DNA of 9,560 nucleotides from a virus (Duplodnaviria; Heunggongvirae; Uroviricota; Caudoviricetes): IMG/VR virus record IMGVR_UViG_3300029070_000029; one strand, 5' to 3'. Shown piece by piece: positions 7,450 to 9,560 of this stretch (position 1 is its first letter; each line of letters starts with the position of its first letter). The notes under the pieces were generated by a model. It saw only the letters and a program-made list of their open reading frames with translations, ran no database searches and was not told where the DNA came from. The position numbers and the translations under genes were made by a program.

Positions 7450-7689
7450 TTGTCGAATGAGCTACGAATCCTGATAGAAATACGAAACAAGCTAGCACAT
7501 GGACAATGGATCTATCCCTTCAATAATGAAGGAAATACTGTGGACCCTGATAAATATAAATTAATCAATAAAGAAAACTTGCACTCACTCCAATTCAAAT
7601 ATTCATTAGCACAGCATTTAGTTGACGCTGTACATGATTTGGTTGTAAGTCCTACGACATTCGAACGAGATTTCGAAAGCCATTTTTAA
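7450..7689 (+). pseudogene. Start-less or degraded ORF with an HEPN-like R-x4-H motif; possible remnant of an abortive-infection/RNase-type gene
   Basis: Track ORF of 79 aa starting at TTG with no Shine-Dalgarno. The frame is open back to 7360 with no in-frame ATG. An ATG at 7418 is in a different frame (MPHEEQHYMMFCRMSYES*) and could be the original start separated by a frameshift. Motif EIRNKLAHG = R-x4-H. AT-rich composition. Confidence 0.3.
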
Positions 7690-8171
7690 AAATTATATCA
7701 AGTACGAACAAACTTAGTGACAAAAGACTACGAAAAATATAAAACAATTTTAGTATTAAGTAGAGAGAAATTTCGTTCTGCTAGGACGCAGCAATAGGTT
7801 CATGAGATTCTCTGATACTTGTTACCTTAGTAAGCCTTAAATTTTTAAAAATTCTTTTACGTCCACTCCTCGCTCATAACAGGCATTAACTACATTTATC
7901 TTCATTGGCTATGCAAGTCGTAATAAAAGGTGGGACAAAACTGAGACACATAAGCTCTCACAAAGGTCTGCAAGGCCTCACATGTATTGAGATGTTAATA
8001 AAATGTAGACTTGTAATTTTGATATAAATGGTAGATAAAACCTTTCCCCAAAATAAAAACGAACGTCAATGAAATCAAATGGTTGAATAAAGTTGATTTT
8101 GGCTAATAAAAAAACAATAAAATAATTTTTATTATTAAATATCAATGACTTAAACTTAATGTTTTTATATA

Positions 8172-8336
8172 CTGCTGCGCCATATGGGCTGGACTGAAGC
8201 CGCAGACCTGATTGTTAAAGGTATGGAAGGCGCAATCAACGCCAAGACCGTAACCTATGACTTCGAACGTCTGATGGAAGGCGCTAAATTGCTGAAATGT
8301 AGCGAGTTTGGTGATGCGATCATCAAGAACATGTAA
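8172..8336 (+). pseudogene. icdC: Detached 3' end of icd (isocitrate dehydrogenase), 54 codons plus stop, marking the prophage/host att junction
   Basis: Translates to [54 protein letters not shown], which matches the C-terminus of E. coli Icd as I recall it. There is no start codon or upstream icd sequence: an in-frame TAA lies 5 codons upstream in AT-rich DNA. In K-12 the equivalent fragment lies between prophage e14 and iraM. Confidence 0.85.
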
Positions 8337-8359
8337 TCTCTACATGTGTTAAATAATGA

Positions 8360-8391
8360 AACGGGCGTATAACACGCCCGTTGTTTTATTT
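8360..8391 (+). terminator. Rho-independent terminator of icd
   Basis: 9-bp stem aacgggcgt (8360-8368) / acgcccgtt (8374-8382) with a 5-nt loop, followed by gTTTTaTTTaT. It begins 24 nt after the icd stop codon. Confidence 0.75.
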
Positions 8392-8438
8392 ATGTGGATA
8401 TTATTAATAGCATGTCGAGCATATTTATATGAAGCCCA

Positions 8439-8762
8439 TTACTTGAGTCCATATGGGCATATTTTTATAATACAACTATTATGTAAACATTTATTTGTTA
8501 TTTCGCTTTCTCCTGGAGGACACTCTTGACTGCTTTTGAGTAAAATCCATAAATCCTTGTTGAATGGTGCGATATTATAAATAGTAATAGGGTATTCTTT
8601 ATCCTTAAAGATAATACCAGATTTAACCGGTTTAAATATACTGCCAGGAGGGAGAAATATAGTAGATTGATACCAGATGATCATTTTCATATCACCCCAT
8701 ATGGCTGAAAAAGATATGCCGCATGTAGGTTGAATTATCGTGTCAATTACTATCCACTTCAT
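8439..8762 (-). CDS. iraM: Anti-adaptor protein IraM (inhibits RssB-mediated RpoS degradation)
   Basis: 107-aa [46 protein letters not shown]...CPYGLK, essentially collinear with K-12 IraM/YcgW as I recall it. AT-rich gene located immediately downstream of the icd fragment, as in K-12. Confidence 0.85.
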   Translation of the reverse strand: MKWIVIDTIIQPTCGISFSAIWGDMKMIIWYQSTIFLPPGSIFKPVKSGIIFKDKEYPITIYNIAPFNKDLWILLKSSQECPPGESEITNKCLHNSCIIKICPYGLK

Positions 8763-9206
8763 TTGTTATGTCTTATCCCACGGTGCTTAATATAGTTCAT
8801 TTGGATGTTCATTTCTTGACTTTGCATATGTGTATATTACTCCCCAAAAAACAAATTAATCAAAAATTAAAACCATTGTTTATATAAAACAAAATTTAAA
8901 GCAAGAAATCTCAATAGATATTAAACAAAATGAGATTTAGTGAAAACATTAAATTATTCACTTCGTTTTAGATTTGTTTAGCTAAAATGTTATACATTCA
9001 AATGACTGAACATCCTGTAATTAAAACATAGCCTTTATACTACTTTGTGCCAATTTGCTAAACATTATGGTTGGCCTTTTTATATAACGATAATGACGAA
9101 TATAAGCATGACATGAGAATAAGGTTTCAATTTTTTAGTTATATAGGAATGGTTTAACCCATTCCTGGCTAAAATACATATAACCGGATGATGACTAAAC
9201 CAAAAC

Positions 9207-9257
9207 ACATGTGCGTTAAGTATTGAAACGGGCGTATGGCACGCCCGTTGGTTTTAT
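9207..9257 (+). repeat. Second, diverged copy of the icd terminator module (direct repeat of 8342-8390)
   Basis: acatgtgcgttaagtattgaaacgggcgtatggcacgcccgttggtttta against acatgtgttaaataatgaaacgggcgtataacacgcccgttgtttta at 8342-8388. The same 9-bp stem (9227-9235 / 9241-9249) and T-tract are present; differences are about 4 substitutions and 3 gap positions. No + strand gene precedes it. Confidence 0.6.
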
Positions 9258-9464
9258 AAATTTGTTAACCGTTATAAAATAACTTATAGAAAGTCAAGTA
9301 ATCACATTTCAAATATCAATTTGATAGTATTGGCCTGGTGATTATTTATGGGTGGCAATAAAAAGATAGTATATATCATCCATAGGGATAGTCTCTGCAC
9401 TTTTATTTCCATTATGCTAATGCCTTACTGAATTATGAAGCATTTCTTAAGCTTCCAACTTTAG

Positions 9465-9560
9465 CTAGATTAATGGTTTATTGTTTTCTACATCTTCAAT
9501 ATATAAAAGCGTATTATCAATGGCGTAGTAACTGCGTTTGTTATGATTAACATCAGTAAC
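9465..9560 (-). CDS. C-terminal fragment (31 codons) of a minus-strand gene running off the window edge
   Basis: The reverse-complement frame from 9560 reads VTDVNHNKRSYYAIDNTLLYIEDVENNKPLI and stops at TAG (complement of 9465-9467). Evidence is only a short open frame in AT-rich DNA. It sits where the gene after iraM would be expected in a K-12-like arrangement. Confidence 0.25.
   Translation of the reverse strand, partial: VTDVNHNKRSYYAIDNTLLYIEDVENNKPLI

Noticed and set aside
7717-7743. Sigma70-like promoter match (gtgaca-N15-tataaa) in the AT-rich arm
   Set aside because: Spacing is suboptimal and similar matches abound in AT-rich DNA. There is no downstream ORF to drive.
8964-8980. Candidate PhoP box cGTTTTAgatTTGTTTA upstream of iraM
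   Set aside because: Hexamer spacing is 4 rather than 5 nt, it lies about 200 bp upstream, and the region is so AT-rich that such matches are expected by chance. Not supportable without a PWM scan.
1-9560. CRISPR array, tRNA/rRNA genes, IS element ends, Pin/Gin-type invertible tail-fibre segment, or a diversity-generating retroelement acting on the lectin-like fibre tip
   Set aside because: I found no regularly spaced short repeats, no tRNA-like structure, no terminal inverted repeats with a transposase, no inverted fibre gene fragments on the minus strand, and no reverse transcriptase ORF or template repeat.

Overview
This window looks like the right-hand end of a lambdoid prophage integrated at the 3' end of icd in an E. 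coli/Shigella-type chromosome, plus the adjacent host DNA. All calls rest on reading the sequence and ORF track and on recalled protein families; no database search was run. Left to right: a terminator closing an off-window gene; a lambda-like side tail fibre gene (stf) with a tandem-repeat Ala/Ser/Thr-rich shaft and a lower-GC lectin-like tip; three small co-directional genes (an acidic 93-aa protein, a 234-aa coiled-coil protein with a peptidase-S74-like chaperone domain, and a 97-aa hydrophobic protein); then, convergently on the minus strand, the sitABCD-type Mn/Fe ABC transporter operon with palindromic MntR-type and Fur-type boxes upstream of sitA. Beyond that lies an AT-rich, ORF-poor arm containing a start-less ORF with an HEPN-like R-x4-H motif, then a 165-nt fragment encoding the C-terminus of isocitrate dehydrogenase (icdC-type pseudogene) with its terminator, then iraM on the minus strand, a second diverged copy of the icd terminator module, and a partial minus-strand ORF at the window edge. 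The most interesting unexplained items are the three uncharacterised genes in the moron position after stf, the HEPN-like remnant beside the att junction, and the ~50-bp direct repeats that bracket iraM.
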